DNA of 64,000 nucleotides from Thermogemmatispora sp. (GTDB taxonomy: Bacteria > Chloroflexota > Ktedonobacteria > Ktedonobacterales > Ktedonobacteraceae): positions 78,442 through 142,441 of the forward strand of contig NZ_JBHOQV010000156.1 in the NCBI RefSeq assembly GCF_042408735.1, given 5' to 3'. The position numbers and the translations under genes are program-made. The notes under the pieces are model-generated. The model searched no databases and was not told where the DNA came from. It worked only from the letters and a program-made list of their open reading frames with translations. Below, one piece after another: positions 20,281 through 31,056 of the stretch; position 1 is the stretch's first letter, and the number at the start of each line of letters is the position of its first letter.

Positions 20281-21846
20281 ATGTCCGAGCAGCAACCGCT
20301 GATGCTGAGCGAGGTGGCCCAGAAAGAGAAACGCAAGCTGCGCAAGGAGCTGTCGCTCTTCTTCATGGTCTGTTTTACTCTGACGGCCATGATCAATATC
20401 GATACGCTGGGGGCCGTCTCTTCTCAGGGGGGACAGGTCTTCCCCTGGTTGCTGATTACGGCTCTGACGTTCCTGATCCCCTATGGCTTGCTGACGGCAG
20501 AGCTGGGCAGCACTTTTCCGGAGGAGGGCGGCATCTATGTCTGGTGCAAGTTGGCGGGCGGACGTCTCTTTGCGGCGATTGCTTCTATTTTCTATTGGGT
20601 CTCTAATCCACTCTGGGTCGGCGGGACCCTGGCGGTGACGACTATCGCCGCTTTGAAGACCTTCTGGTTCGGCAACAGCGATCTCCTCTTCGGAGGGAAT
20701 AAGACTATCGATGCGATCGTTGAGATCGTGATTGCCCTGATTTTTATCTGGTTTACGACGTGGAGCGCAATTGTCTCTCTGCGCATCGGTAAGTGGTTCT
20801 CAACGATCGGGATTATTTTGAAGCTCTCCCTGCTGGGGCTGTTTGTGATTCTGGCTTTGGCTTTCTTCTTCGGGGGCAAGGCCAGCGGCGCTCACTTGAG
20901 CTGGAGGGATTTGCTGCCAACCACGAATCTGGGATTGATTTTCAGCAGCATTATTCCGGTTCTGGTTTTCAACTGGGCCGGCTTCGAGCTGCAGAATGGC
21001 GCCGGCGAGGAGATGTTTGAGCCTCAGCGCGACGTGCCCCGCTCGCTGCTGCGCGCTGGAACGATTGGGGTCCTGGCCTACGCCATCCCGATTCTGGTGA
21101 TTCTGCTGGCGCTACCCAAAGACCAGTTGTCTAACGTCGGGGGCTTCCTGGATGCTTACCAGGTGGTGGCTAGCATCCTGCCCGCTCCGCTGGCCACCGC
21201 TCTGGGTTGGCTGATCGCAGCGGCCCTGATCCTGACGCTGGCCAGCGCCGGAGGTACCTGGCTGATGGGAGCCGATCGCACCTACGCGGTGACGGCCCTC
21301 GACGGAGCCGCCCCCGTGGTTCTGGGACGCTTTAGCTCTTACTTCGGTACTCCGCTGGCGATGAATCTGCTTTCGGGTAGCGTGGCCACCGTGGCGATGG
21401 TGGCAGCGATCCTGGTGACGGCCTTCGGCTCCGGCGAGTTGTCAACGCTTTTCTCTCTGGTCCTGGGCTTCACGATTTCGACGACGGCTCTCTCCTATGC
21501 GTTCATCTTCATCTCCTATATCGTTTTGCGCTACAAGTACCCAGAGGTGGAGCGCCCTTATCGGGTGCCTGGGGGTATGGTTGGTCCCTGGATCGTGACG
21601 CTGCTGGCCCTGGTTTCGGTGCTGGTTACGGCTTATTTTACTCTGATTCCTACGGATGAGACGGTCAGCAGCTACCAGATCAGCCGCTTGACCTACGAGC
21701 TGACTCAGCTACTGCCGATCGCGATCGTACTGGTGGTGGCCGTGATCTTCTACCTGTGGGGACGCTTTGAGCAGCGGCGCCTGACGACAGGCGACCTTGT
21801 CGGCGAGGCGGTAGCCGATCAGGCCGCTGGCAGCAGTCTGCAATAG
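20281..21846 (+). CDS. APC family amino acid permease
   Basis: PEEGGIYVW, GFELQNGAGEE, ERPYRVPGG; AGGAGG RBS. Confidence 0.88.
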   Translation: MSEQQPLMLSEVAQKEKRKLRKELSLFFMVCFTLTAMINIDTLGAVSSQGGQVFPWLLITALTFLIPYGLLTAELGSTFPEEGGIYVWCKLAGGRLFAAIASIFYWVSNPLWVGGTLAVTTIAALKTFWFGNSDLLFGGNKTIDAIVEIVIALIFIWFTTWSAIVSLRIGKWFSTIGIILKLSLLGLFVILALAFFFGGKASGAHLSWRDLLPTTNLGLIFSSIIPVLVFNWAGFELQNGAGEEMFEPQRDVPRSLLRAGTIGVLAYAIPILVILLALPKDQLSNVGGFLDAYQVVASILPAPLATALGWLIAAALILTLASAGGTWLMGADRTYAVTALDGAAPVVLGRFSSYFGTPLAMNLLSGSVATVAMVAAILVTAFGSGELSTLFSLVLGFTISTTALSYAFIFISYIVLRYKYPEVERPYRVPGGMVGPWIVTLLALVSVLVTAYFTLIPTDETVSSYQISRLTYELTQLLPIAIVLVVAVIFYLWGRFEQRRLTTGDLVGEAVADQAAGSSLQ

Positions 21847-21916
21847 GCAGGGCTGGAGGAGCATCCTGCTCCGGCCAGTCAGAAGAGGCTGCCTGTAAAG
21901 CACCCAGGCAGCGACT

Positions 21917-21970
21917 GTTCCCTCTCTCTGCCCCTTGTTGGCCTCGCCTCGGCTGGCAGAGAGAGGGGAC
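21917..21970. terminator. Long stem-loop between convergent permease and ADH genes
   Basis: CCCTCTCTCTGCC (21920-21932) pairs perfectly with GGCAGAGAGAGGG (21955-21967); extends by 3 bp. Confidence 0.5.
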
Positions 21971-22231
21971 CTGCTTCAGGCCACATCTGGTAGCGCTTCT
22001 GCGCTCTCGAAAGCTGAGCATAACCAGACGCGCTTTCAGCACACCATCCAAAGGGGCGCGACGGCCCTGGTGGGTCGCCGGCCCGGCTTATGCCGGCCAC
22101 AAAGGCTCGGGGCCTGCTCAACTCTGCAGGAGCCGGGTCTCATTCTTACTTACACCAGCTCCAGGCCGGCTTTGCCGGGAAGAGGGGCTCGTTGGCCGGC
22201 CTCCTTCCGCAGTCAGCTTTTTTAGCTTCTC

Positions 22232-23266
22232 TCAGGTTTCCGCCGGCACCAGAATGCCGCGCCCATGCAGATGGCCGCTCTCCAGATCATGAATGGCATC
22301 CAGGGCTGCCTCCAACGGATAGACCGCCGTGTGTAGCCGTACCTTCCCTTGAGCCGTCAGGGCCATCAACTCGACTAGATCGTTGTAGGTCCCGACCAGG
22401 TTGCCAATAAAGTTGATCTCGGTCGAGATGATATCAATAGTCGGCACGACCAGGCGACCGCCGTAGCCAATGACATAATAGTAGCCGGCACGGCGCAACA
22501 TGGCGACTCCGCTTTCCAGGGCACCACCTTCGCCCACAAAATCAAGAATCACCTCGGCTCCCTGGCCTTCCGTGATTTCGCGAACTCTGGCGACCTCACC
22601 GTCATCGGCAAGCACCGTGTGATCGGCTCCCCACCCGCGGGCCAGCTCCAGGGCCTCTGCCGACCTGTCGACCACAATCACTTCGGCAGGCGTCAGGGCC
22701 TTGAGACACTGGACACCGATGTGGCCCAGGCCACCGGCGCCGATGACTACTGCTCTGGTACCAGGATAGAGGAGCGGCACGGCCTTCTTGACGGCATGAT
22801 AGGCCGTCAGGCCGGCATCGGCCAGGGCGGCGATGTCCTTGGGGGCCAGCGATGGATCAAGCTTGACAACGGCTCGTGCCGTGGTCTTCAAAAATGCCGC
22901 CATTCCACCGTCAGTGGAAATGCCCGGAAAGGCCGAGTTGGCACAGTGCATGTCGTTCCCCGCTCGACAGGCACGGCAGAAGCCACAGGTGATGAGTGGA
23001 TGCACAATAACAGTGTCGCCTACAGCGACGTTGCTGACCCCCGAGCCAACGGCATGCACCCAGCCAGCGTTTTCGTGCCCAAGCGTGTAGGGGAGCGTCA
23101 CACCGGATTTCTCGGCCCATTGCCCTTCGATGATATGCAGATCCGTCCGACAAAGGCCGGCTCCTCCGATGCGCACGATGACATCGAAGGGACCGCTGAT
23201 CGTCGGCTCAGCTACCTCTTCAACTACCGGCGCTTGATTGTAGGCGTGGAGACGAACGGCTTTCAT
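22232..23266 (-). CDS. Zn-dependent NAD(P) alcohol dehydrogenase (MDR family)
   Basis: LCRTDLH, GHENAG, CGFCRACRAGNDMHC, GAGGLG. ATGA overlap with the upstream gene. Confidence 0.92.
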   Translation of the reverse strand: MKAVRLHAYNQAPVVEEVAEPTISGPFDVIVRIGGAGLCRTDLHIIEGQWAEKSGVTLPYTLGHENAGWVHAVGSGVSNVAVGDTVIVHPLITCGFCRACRAGNDMHCANSAFPGISTDGGMAAFLKTTARAVVKLDPSLAPKDIAALADAGLTAYHAVKKAVPLLYPGTRAVVIGAGGLGHIGVQCLKALTPAEVIVVDRSAEALELARGWGADHTVLADDGEVARVREITEGQGAEVILDFVGEGGALESGVAMLRRAGYYYVIGYGGRLVVPTIDIISTEINFIGNLVGTYNDLVELMALTAQGKVRLHTAVYPLEAALDAIHDLESGHLHGRGILVPAET

Positions 23267-24072
23267 AGGGGATCCTCTCCTTCCTGGCTATGCGCTGTCT
23301 CTGCGCTGGCATGCTGGTAACGAGTGCGAAAGAGGGCGCTGCACATGGCGGTGTCGAAGAGGAGGCTCAGGCGTACCGCGCGCAGGCGACGCAGAAAGCC
23401 CTGAAGATCGCCACCTGGAATCGGCTCCCCTCGCTCGTCAACAAAGAGCGGACCGCCCAGACGCAACAGTCCCAGAGCCTGCCCTCGCTCAACGTAGGCC
23501 CGGGCCGCCCGGCCCAGCGTCGAGAGCTGGAGAGCAGCCTCCGGCAGACGCAAGCAGGCTACATCACCCGCTTCATCCCAGGAGAGATCTTCCAGGCACC
23601 GGCTGCGCAGCGTTTCCTCGCTCAGACCCGCCCGCAACAAACGACGCAGCAGCAGATCCTGGCGCATGAGAAAGCCTTTGCGTAAGAAAGTGCGACGCAA
23701 TTCCTGTAGATCGCTGTCCGTCGTGACCTCATCGGGAAAAGCGGCGGCAAAGCTGAGGCCACTATTGACCGCAGTCGAGATGGCCTCGCCGGCACAATGG
23801 TCGAGGAGATAGATCCGGACGCTGCCTACACCTGGCACAGCTCGCGCCTTCTCGGCCAGATCGGAGGCCATCAGATAGGCGAAGTTCGGCGCACACCAGA
23901 AGGTCGGCAGCTTCAAAAAGATGCTGACCGCCGTCCCTTCGATTTCGAGGCGGTCGACGAAGCCCAGGTCTACCAGCGGCCTATCTAGTTCGGGATCAAG
24001 CACATCGGCGATGGCCGCCCAGACCTGTTCTGGCCTTACGTGGGAAGCGCCTCCTACGTCTTGGATGGGCAT
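23263..24072 (-). CDS. DUF59/PaaD-like metal-sulfur cluster biogenesis protein with C-terminal extension
   Basis: VLDPELDRPLVDLGFV...LKLPTFWCAPNFAYLM. Start moved to ATG 24072 (MPIQD) after RBS AAGGGGAG. Confidence 0.8.
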   Translation of the reverse strand: MPIQDVGGASHVRPEQVWAAIADVLDPELDRPLVDLGFVDRLEIEGTAVSIFLKLPTFWCAPNFAYLMASDLAEKARAVPGVGSVRIYLLDHCAGEAISTAVNSGLSFAAAFPDEVTTDSDLQELRRTFLRKGFLMRQDLLLRRLLRAGLSEETLRSRCLEDLSWDEAGDVACLRLPEAALQLSTLGRAARAYVERGQALGLLRLGGPLFVDERGEPIPGGDLQGFLRRLRAVRLSLLFDTAMCSALFRTRYQHASAETAHSQEGEDPL

Positions 24073-24226
24073 AGCTTTTCTCCCCTTGTCTTGCCATCGA
24101 ACGCGCGACAGGACCGGTAGAGAGCCGGGCCCGGTCTGGTGAGCCGGCCGCGCCCGAGCCAGCTCGCCCCCGTTCTCGGAAACCGGCCCAGGCGCTGGCC
24201 GCCGTCGGCTGGCCGCGGCAGCCGAC

Positions 24227-25318
24227 TCAGGCACCAGCCTCAGCGGCTGCGGAGCTGCTCGCCCCTTGTGACTTCAGCCGGCTACCGTTCTCTCCTGCGG
24301 CCACCTGCTGGGCTAGCTCGTCGCCGCTTAGCTTTCTCAGCTGCTCTTCGGGATCGATGCCATAGAGGCGCGCCGCGTTCAAGCCCATAATCTTGCGCTT
24401 CACGTCGAGGGTGAGATCAACCTTGAATTCTTCTTTCAGGTCTTGAGGCAGCTCGAAGGCCATGAAGCGCTCCACCAGCCAGCGGGGCTCCCAAATGGCA
24501 TAGTCGCTGCCAAAGAGAATCTTGTCCGGTCCCACCCAGAAGAGCAGGTTGGCCATGATCTCGGCAAAGTAGCGAGGGCGAGGATAAATGAAGGGTAAGG
24601 CTACGGCCAGGCCAGCGTAGACGTTTTTCTCCTGGACGGCAATCCAGCAGAAGTCTTCCAGACGCGGCAAGCCAACGTGCTCGACGATAAAATTCAGCTC
24701 GGGAAAATGGGAGGCAGCATCGTCGACATCGGCTACATCGAAGGCGTCGCGATTGAGAGGATAAATGGTCGGGCCTTTATGCACATGGATATTAGTGATC
24801 CCTAGCCTGGCGCATTCCTCCAGATAACGGTAAGCTTCGGGACTGGAGAGCTTGTAACCCTTCGAGGAGCCACGCCATTCCGCCGTATAGAGCTTGACGC
24901 CTTTGATGTCCCACTGGTCCTTCTGACGCCGCAGATAGTCCAGGCCAGCATCACCGTCGCGCGCATCCCAGGCCCCGTTGAGGATAAAGCGCTCGGGATA
25001 GCGCTGCTTCATGACGCTGTTTTGCTCGATGGTATTGAAGCCATTGATGAAGAACTCGCTGAGATAGGTGGGCTGGAGAATAGCCATATCGACGTAGCCC
25101 TTGACAAACTCGTCACGGGCCATGCGCTCCGGCGTATAGCGCTCAAAGTCGCTGAGCGGCCAAACGTACTCAGCGGGAGAAAGATTGCGGTGATAGTCGT
25201 AGAAGCAGTCGATCCAGCCGCGCCCATACTGGTTGCGCTGGTTGGCGGGACTGGCGTCCCAGAGATGCGTGTGGGCGTCAATGATGAAAATCTCTTCGCC
25301 CGTCGAGGTGCGGAACAT
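24227..25318 (-). CDS. Amidohydrolase-2 family metalloprotein
   Basis: IDAHTH, GVKLY, HVHKGP, VEHVG, LFGSDY. Confidence 0.88.
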   Translation of the reverse strand: MFRTSTGEEIFIIDAHTHLWDASPANQRNQYGRGWIDCFYDYHRNLSPAEYVWPLSDFERYTPERMARDEFVKGYVDMAILQPTYLSEFFINGFNTIEQNSVMKQRYPERFILNGAWDARDGDAGLDYLRRQKDQWDIKGVKLYTAEWRGSSKGYKLSSPEAYRYLEECARLGITNIHVHKGPTIYPLNRDAFDVADVDDAASHFPELNFIVEHVGLPRLEDFCWIAVQEKNVYAGLAVALPFIYPRPRYFAEIMANLLFWVGPDKILFGSDYAIWEPRWLVERFMAFELPQDLKEEFKVDLTLDVKRKIMGLNAARLYGIDPEEQLRKLSGDELAQQVAAGENGSRLKSQGASSSAAAEAGA

Positions 25319-25708
25319 CAGCCGGCCTCCTTTGTGTCCAGCAGGTCAACAGCGACCCGCTCCGTGATCCCTTCGGCTCGCGCTGGCCTGGACCCGGCCA
25401 GGACTTTGTTCTTCCAGGGCCAGCCAGCTCCAGTGCTCTCACGGAGCACGAGCCAGGGAGGGAGTTCGAACGCATTACGCTGCCTATGCCTTCAGAACAG
25501 GCGAATCCCTTGTTGATTTCTTGCCCGGCCCCCTATCTTCCTTGCTTGGACCGTCTTGTAACTTGAGACTCCGTCTGCGCAGACTGGCTCATCAGAGGAA
25601 CCAAGAAGGGCCTGAACCGCTCACCGCTTGGGCTGAGTACCCAGATCGGCTCCAGTCTCTGGCTTACGCTGCCAGCATAGCATAAAACGATACCAGTGTG
25701 TAGATCGA

Positions 25709-25727
25709 GATTTCATTATTTGAAATC
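25709..25727. promoter_or_regulatory. Palindromic operator (probable IclR site)
   Basis: GATTTCA-TTATT-TGAAATC, between the divergent amidohydrolase and IclR genes. Confidence 0.55.
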
Positions 25728-25741
25728 CTGTCTCATCCTGC

Positions 25742-25769
25742 TTGACACTAAGACGCGGCCCAGTATAAT
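25742..25769 (+). promoter_or_regulatory. Sigma70 promoter of the IclR gene
   Basis: TTGACA-16 bp-TATAAT. Confidence 0.65.
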
Positions 25770-25874
25770 CCCAGGTAAGGAAGGCATGCTTTACCGGGAA
25801 GGAAGGAGCGTCGCTACAGGCAAGCTCGCCAACTGTGGCACGCTTCCTCCCATGTGCAAAGGAGCAACAGTGTC

Positions 25875-26774
25875 ATGGCCAACCGCTCTCACGCCCACCC
25901 GCAAGCCTCGGATGGCCCAGCCCCAACGTCCAAACGCGATGTCCTACGCTCGGCGCAGCGCGTGCTCGCCATTCTCGACCTCCTCGCCCGTATGCCCGGC
26001 GGATTGACCGTCCGCGCCGTAAGCAGGCTGCTCCAGATCAATATCAGCACCTGTTATCACAGTTTGAATACGTTGCAGGCCGCTGGCTACATTGAGCGCC
26101 TTCCCAGCGGCCACTATGTACTCGGGCCACAGATCCCCTATTTGAACGATGCATACCTGCGCACGCTGACCTGGGAATGGCCAGTACCAGCGGCAGACCC
26201 CTCAGAGAATGGCAGAGCTGTCTCCCCTCCACCAGTCCAGCAGCCCTCCCTCTTGCAGCGGCTGCGCCCCATTCTGCACAGCTTGAGCGAGCGCAGCCAG
26301 GAGACGGCCTATCTGGCCGGCTGGCGCTACGGCGAGGTCGAGCTGCAGGCCATTGTCGAGCCTGCCCACGCCGAGCGCATTCCGGGCATCTACATCGGCT
26401 ATCGCGGCCAGGCCCATGCCCACGCTCTGGGAAAAGTGCTCCTCGCTTATAGCTCGCCAGCTTTCGTCGAGGACTACCTTGCCCGCCACACCCTGATCCG
26501 CCTGACTCAGCGCACGATCGTCGAACGCTCCCTTCTTTGCGAAGAGCTAGACACGGTCTTTCATCAGGGCTATAGTATCGACCGCGAGGAGTTGCACCCC
26601 GGGACAATCTGCCTGGCAGCGCCTGTCAGAGATGCCCAGGGCCGGGTCAGAGCGGCCATCGCTATTTCGTTCCGCAGCGATCAGTTTTCCCGCCACGGCG
26701 AGTGGCTGACTTCCCAGGTCCTGCGGGCTGCCCGCCAGGCCAGCGCTGAGCTGCGCCTCTCACGGCATCGCTAG
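25875..26774 (+). CDS. IclR family transcriptional regulator
   Basis: RSAQRVLAILDLL HTH, HAHALGKVLLAY, GYSIDREE, CLAAPV. AAGGAG RBS favours ATG 25875. Confidence 0.9.
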   Translation: MANRSHAHPQASDGPAPTSKRDVLRSAQRVLAILDLLARMPGGLTVRAVSRLLQINISTCYHSLNTLQAAGYIERLPSGHYVLGPQIPYLNDAYLRTLTWEWPVPAADPSENGRAVSPPPVQQPSLLQRLRPILHSLSERSQETAYLAGWRYGEVELQAIVEPAHAERIPGIYIGYRGQAHAHALGKVLLAYSSPAFVEDYLARHTLIRLTQRTIVERSLLCEELDTVFHQGYSIDREELHPGTICLAAPVRDAQGRVRAAIAISFRSDQFSRHGEWLTSQVLRAARQASAELRLSRHR

Positions 26775-26980
26775 CCGATGACGCCGCCGCTCCAATGCGA
26801 CGGCTGACAGGTACCGCAGGCGCTTGCTCTCTGCTCGCCCGCCGCTTCTCCCTCGCAAAAGTCCTGGTTGCCGCACAAAAATAGACCGGGACGTACGTAG
26901 TTGTTTATAATAAGGGACACAGGAGCTGCGACCATTCACAATAGTGCGGAGAAGAGAGATCAAGCCAGGAGTCTAGTGCT

Positions 26981-28825
26981 ATGGTCACAACGTTGATTAT
27001 TGGGGGCATTATTGTCTGCGTGCTGGCCGGGGGCCTGGGGGTCTTCCTTGGCTTGCGCGTTCAGCGCCACTTTATCGAGAGCATCCGCAAGCAGCAAGCA
27101 GCCTGGGAACGAGCGGAGGAGGCGCGCCGCCAGGTCTGGGAACAGAAACAGCAGCGCGAGATGGCTGCCCAAAAGCAGAGCGTGGCCAATCAGGTCGAGC
27201 AGCTACGCAAGGCTTACGAGGAGCGCCTGAATCAGGCGATCAGTCAATTCGGCGTCGAGCTAGAGCTGGCGCGCCTACCCCGGGTGGATGAGACGCCCAT
27301 CCTGTCCAAGGCCGCGGAGGCAGGGGCCGCTATGCCCGCCCATTGGCGGCCCGCCAACCTGTACAAGGCCGACCTTTCGCAGCGCGATCTTTCCCATCGC
27401 TATCTGGGGCGCGCCGATCTGCGCGGGGCGCGGCTGGTAGGCGCGAATCTTTCAATGGCCGATCTCTCACGCGCATGCCTGGCCGGCGCGGATCTGACAA
27501 GAGCTAATCTGACAGGGGCCAATCTCTCGTACGCCGATCTGCGCGAGGCCAACCTGAGCGAGGCCACTTTGCTGGTGGCAGACCTGCACCAGACGAACCT
27601 GACCGGGGCCCGGCTGGATAACGTCTACAGCCTGACCGAGGAGCAATTGCGCTCAGCTATTCTCGGTCCCCAGGCCCGCAGCGAAGTTGAGGTGGAAGAG
27701 ACCTCGCCACGCATGCCGGCGGTTCGCCCAAGACGTATTATCCCCGAGCGCCCTGCCGCAGGAACAAGCCCTGGCAGCTCCCGCGCCAAAAGCCAGGATG
27801 GTCCCCTTCCAACAGGAGAGGCCACTCTCTCAGCCAGCTTCACAGGCTCCAGCGGCACCGCAACCTCTCCCGACGTAGAAGAGGCAGCCTCTTCGTTCGC
27901 GAACGCCGCCAGCTTAGCCGCGACCGGCCTCTCTTCGGGTCAGGAGGCAGCGACTCTGCCCACCTCTTCGGCTGCACTAAGCGCCGAGACAGCCCCCGAG
28001 TCGGCCGCGATCAGCGCTCCTTCCCCGGCAGAGGAAAGGCAGGAAGCGCCGTTGATCGCTTCGCCCTCCAGCGAGGCCAGCCAGCAGGAGGAGAGCAGCG
28101 ATGACTACTTCTCGCCCGAGAGCCTGGCCTATATGATGGAGGAGCGACCGGCAGGACAGCCACCAGAGATTCCCGCCTGGCTGAAGGCCCTTGAAACTTC
28201 TACCGGCGGCACGACACTCAACTTCGGCGCAGACTCAGAGTCGACGCTCCCGGGCCTGGCTTCATCCCTCCCCACAGAGGAGGAACACTCGGCTTCCTCA
28301 CAGGAAGAGACAGAGAGGGCGTTCTACGCCTCCGAGAGCTTCGATCGGCAGGAGGAATTTCCCTCCTCTGCGACCTTGCCCTGGACGGCATCGAGCTGGG
28401 AACGCGCCTGGAAGGAGGCCGTTGAGCGCTCCGCCGCCTTCTCCCAGCAGGAGGCGGAGACGGCAGAAGAGAAGGAAGGTCACCAGCTCGCGGAAGATGC
28501 ACCAGCCAAGGCCACCCCGTTCAGCTTCGAGGTGCCGAATAGCGCCTACGAGCTGCAGGCCACCAGCGGCAACGAGGTGGAGGAGCAATCGCCCGAGGCA
28601 ACCTCTCCTTCGGACTTCCCACAGGTCCCGGAAACCCCGTTCTCGGTTCCTACCCTGGATACGCTGCCCTTCATCGAGCGCTTAGTCGATCCCCTGCCTC
28701 AGTCGGAACGCACCAGCGCAGAAAGCTTGCTTGATCCCCAGGTTGCCGACCACATCGTCGATACGCAGGAGCTGCGCGCGCTCAAGCAAAAGTCACCAGC
28801 CTCCGGCGAACAAGCCACCTCCTGA
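26981..28825 (+). CDS. Membrane-anchored pentapeptide repeat protein with long acidic low-complexity tail
   Basis: N-terminal TM segment, Q/E-rich coiled coil, ADLxG repeats at about aa 125-225, then an S/E/A/P-rich tail. Confidence 0.75.
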   Translation: MVTTLIIGGIIVCVLAGGLGVFLGLRVQRHFIESIRKQQAAWERAEEARRQVWEQKQQREMAAQKQSVANQVEQLRKAYEERLNQAISQFGVELELARLPRVDETPILSKAAEAGAAMPAHWRPANLYKADLSQRDLSHRYLGRADLRGARLVGANLSMADLSRACLAGADLTRANLTGANLSYADLREANLSEATLLVADLHQTNLTGARLDNVYSLTEEQLRSAILGPQARSEVEVEETSPRMPAVRPRRIIPERPAAGTSPGSSRAKSQDGPLPTGEATLSASFTGSSGTATSPDVEEAASSFANAASLAATGLSSGQEAATLPTSSAALSAETAPESAAISAPSPAEERQEAPLIASPSSEASQQEESSDDYFSPESLAYMMEERPAGQPPEIPAWLKALETSTGGTTLNFGADSESTLPGLASSLPTEEEHSASSQEETERAFYASESFDRQEEFPSSATLPWTASSWERAWKEAVERSAAFSQQEAETAEEKEGHQLAEDAPAKATPFSFEVPNSAYELQATSGNEVEEQSPEATSPSDFPQVPETPFSVPTLDTLPFIERLVDPLPQSERTSAESLLDPQVADHIVDTQELRALKQKSPASGEQATS

Positions 28826-29106
28826 CTGGAATGGCAGCGGAGGCCTTCGCAGCGCAGCGCAGCGCTCCTGGCCGCCTTGCTCCGCTCCGCCCAGGCTATT
28901 TCTGCGCCTCTCTCCAGCACTGAGCGCACTCGCAGGCCGGCCAACCAGGTGAGCCGGCCTGGGGCAGGCTTGCGCTCTCCTCTCTCTTCGCCCGCTACAC
29001 GCCTGGCTACTCTTCTGGCTGGCACTTCACAGGCGGCACAAATATGCTATACTAGAGCGGCAAACGGGCGGGGACGCCAAGGTATTCGACAAGGAGTAGA
29101 CGTTAT

Positions 29107-29874
29107 ATGGCCAGAGAACAGCATCTGCCACTGGAAGGCAAGATCGCACTTGTGACTGGAAGTAGCCAGGGTATCGGGCGGGCAGTGGCTCTGCGTCTGG
29201 CTCAGGCGGGAGCAGATGTCGCTGTGAACTACTATCGTCATGCGGAGGCCGCCGAAGAGGTACGCGCCCAGATCGAAGCCCTCGGCAGACGCGCCATCGC
29301 GGTCCAGGCTGACGTGAGCCAGGAAGAAGATGTCAGCAGGCTCTTTGAGCAGATCAACCGTGAGCTGGGGCCGGTGACCGTGCTGGTAAATAACGCAGGA
29401 ACCACCCGCGATAAGCTGATTCTGCAGATGTCGCTTGCCGATTTTGAGGATATTTTGAATATCAACCTTCGTTCGGCTTTCCTTTGCACCCGCGCAGCCC
29501 TGCGCACGATGATGAAGGCGCGCTGGGGCCGCATCGTTAACGTGACCTCGGTCGCCGGTCTGCTTGGCAATGCCGGCCAGGCTAACTATAGCGCTTCGAA
29601 AGCGGCCATCATCGCTCTGACGCTCAGCACAGCGCGCGAGATGGCCAGCCGCAACATCACGGCCAACGCCGTGGCGCCGGGCTTCGTCCCCACAGAGCTA
29701 ACCTCGAAGCTGACAGAGCAGCAGCGTAAGCAGATGCTCGACCTGACCCCTCTTGGGCGCTTTGGAACCCCCGAGGAGGTTGCCGCCACGATTTGCTTCC
29801 TCTGCTCACCCGAGGCTGGCTATATTACTGGCCAGGTCATCTGCGTCGACGGAGGCATGGCCATGCATATCTGA
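29107..29874 (+). CDS. fabG: 3-oxoacyl-ACP reductase
   Basis: TGSSQGIG, NNAG, YSASK, GNAGQANY, ITGQVICVDGG. Confidence 0.88.
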   Translation: MAREQHLPLEGKIALVTGSSQGIGRAVALRLAQAGADVAVNYYRHAEAAEEVRAQIEALGRRAIAVQADVSQEEDVSRLFEQINRELGPVTVLVNNAGTTRDKLILQMSLADFEDILNINLRSAFLCTRAALRTMMKARWGRIVNVTSVAGLLGNAGQANYSASKAAIIALTLSTAREMASRNITANAVAPGFVPTELTSKLTEQQRKQMLDLTPLGRFGTPEEVAATICFLCSPEAGYITGQVICVDGGMAMHI

Positions 29875-30077
29875 TCTGCCGGCTTCCCTCTCCCCTCTGG
29901 CTCCTCGGTTTCGATCACCCCCTCTGTTGCTGGCCTTCTTTCCTTCGGCCCTGCTTGTCCGGCTCTCTCTTGCTCTGAGCGGGAGATTTTCGGCGCAGGG
30001 CCACCGACCCTGAAACAATTTTGGGGCGAACTTTCTCTAATTCGATAACACCGACACCAGCTCAGGAGGCTCAACTG

Positions 30078-30944
30078 ATGGGCTTGATCGAAACCGAGGA
30101 AACCAACCAGTTCACCTTCGAACCCTTTGCCGCGCACCACTTTTATACCGAGATTAATCGCGCGCTCGTGCAGCAGGCCCTGGCGCACCTGGAAGGAAAA
30201 GGGCAAGCGCACGAGCAGCCCCTCACCATCGTCGATATGGCCTGTGGCACCGGCGCTGTCACGCGCCTGATCGCTGAGGAGCTGGCTCGCCAGGGACGAC
30301 AGGCACGCTTGATCGGCGTCGATCCTTCGGCAGAAGCCCTGCGCCGCGCTCATAAGAGTATGGAAGCGCTGGGTATGCAGGCTGAGTTTGTCCAGGGCGA
30401 AAGCGAAGACCTGCCGCGCATCGTCCAGAACGCCGACATGGCCTTCTTCTGCAACGCTATCCACCTGGTCGCCGACAAGCTCGCCGCCTTCCGCCAGATC
30501 TCCGCCATTCTTCGCCCAGGCGGCATCTTCGCCTGCAATAGCGCTTTCTACGAGGGCACCTATGTGCCAGGCACCGAACGCTTTTATCGTATGTGGACGC
30601 GCCGCGCCGTGGGCTGGCTGCGCAAGACTCACCCGGATATCCGCCCTTCGCGTGAAACCAAGGCTCAGGCCATGCAGTGGCTCTCGCCCGAGGAATACGC
30701 CGCTCTCTTCCGCGAGGGCGGTTTCAGCCGCGTGGAGATGACGCAGACTCAGGTCTCAATCTCGCTCGATGCCTGGAAGGACCTGGGTCAATACTGGCTC
30801 TTCATTGAAGGCGCCCTACCAGGGGTACCACTCTCCCTCGGCGCCCAGGCCCTGGGAGTGGCGGTCTATGAGGCCGGCCAGGAGCTTGGCCTGCAGGAGG
30901 TACCTCGCATGTGGCTCCAGATGGTGGCAATGAAGGACGCCTGA
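30078..30944 (+). CDS. Class I SAM-dependent methyltransferase
   Basis: VDMACGTG, GVDPS. Start ATG 30078 after AGGAGG. Confidence 0.85.
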   Translation: MGLIETEETNQFTFEPFAAHHFYTEINRALVQQALAHLEGKGQAHEQPLTIVDMACGTGAVTRLIAEELARQGRQARLIGVDPSAEALRRAHKSMEALGMQAEFVQGESEDLPRIVQNADMAFFCNAIHLVADKLAAFRQISAILRPGGIFACNSAFYEGTYVPGTERFYRMWTRRAVGWLRKTHPDIRPSRETKAQAMQWLSPEEYAALFREGGFSRVEMTQTQVSISLDAWKDLGQYWLFIEGALPGVPLSLGAQALGVAVYEAGQELGLQEVPRMWLQMVAMKDA

Positions 30945-31056
30945 GCTGCCAGTCGGCAGCTCTTGCCTGGCTCGCCTTTTCCCAGCTTGCTCCCCTGGCA
31001 GGACACGCTTCCAAAGTCACCTACCAGGCCCGAAGGTTTCCCACGCCCTGGGCCAG

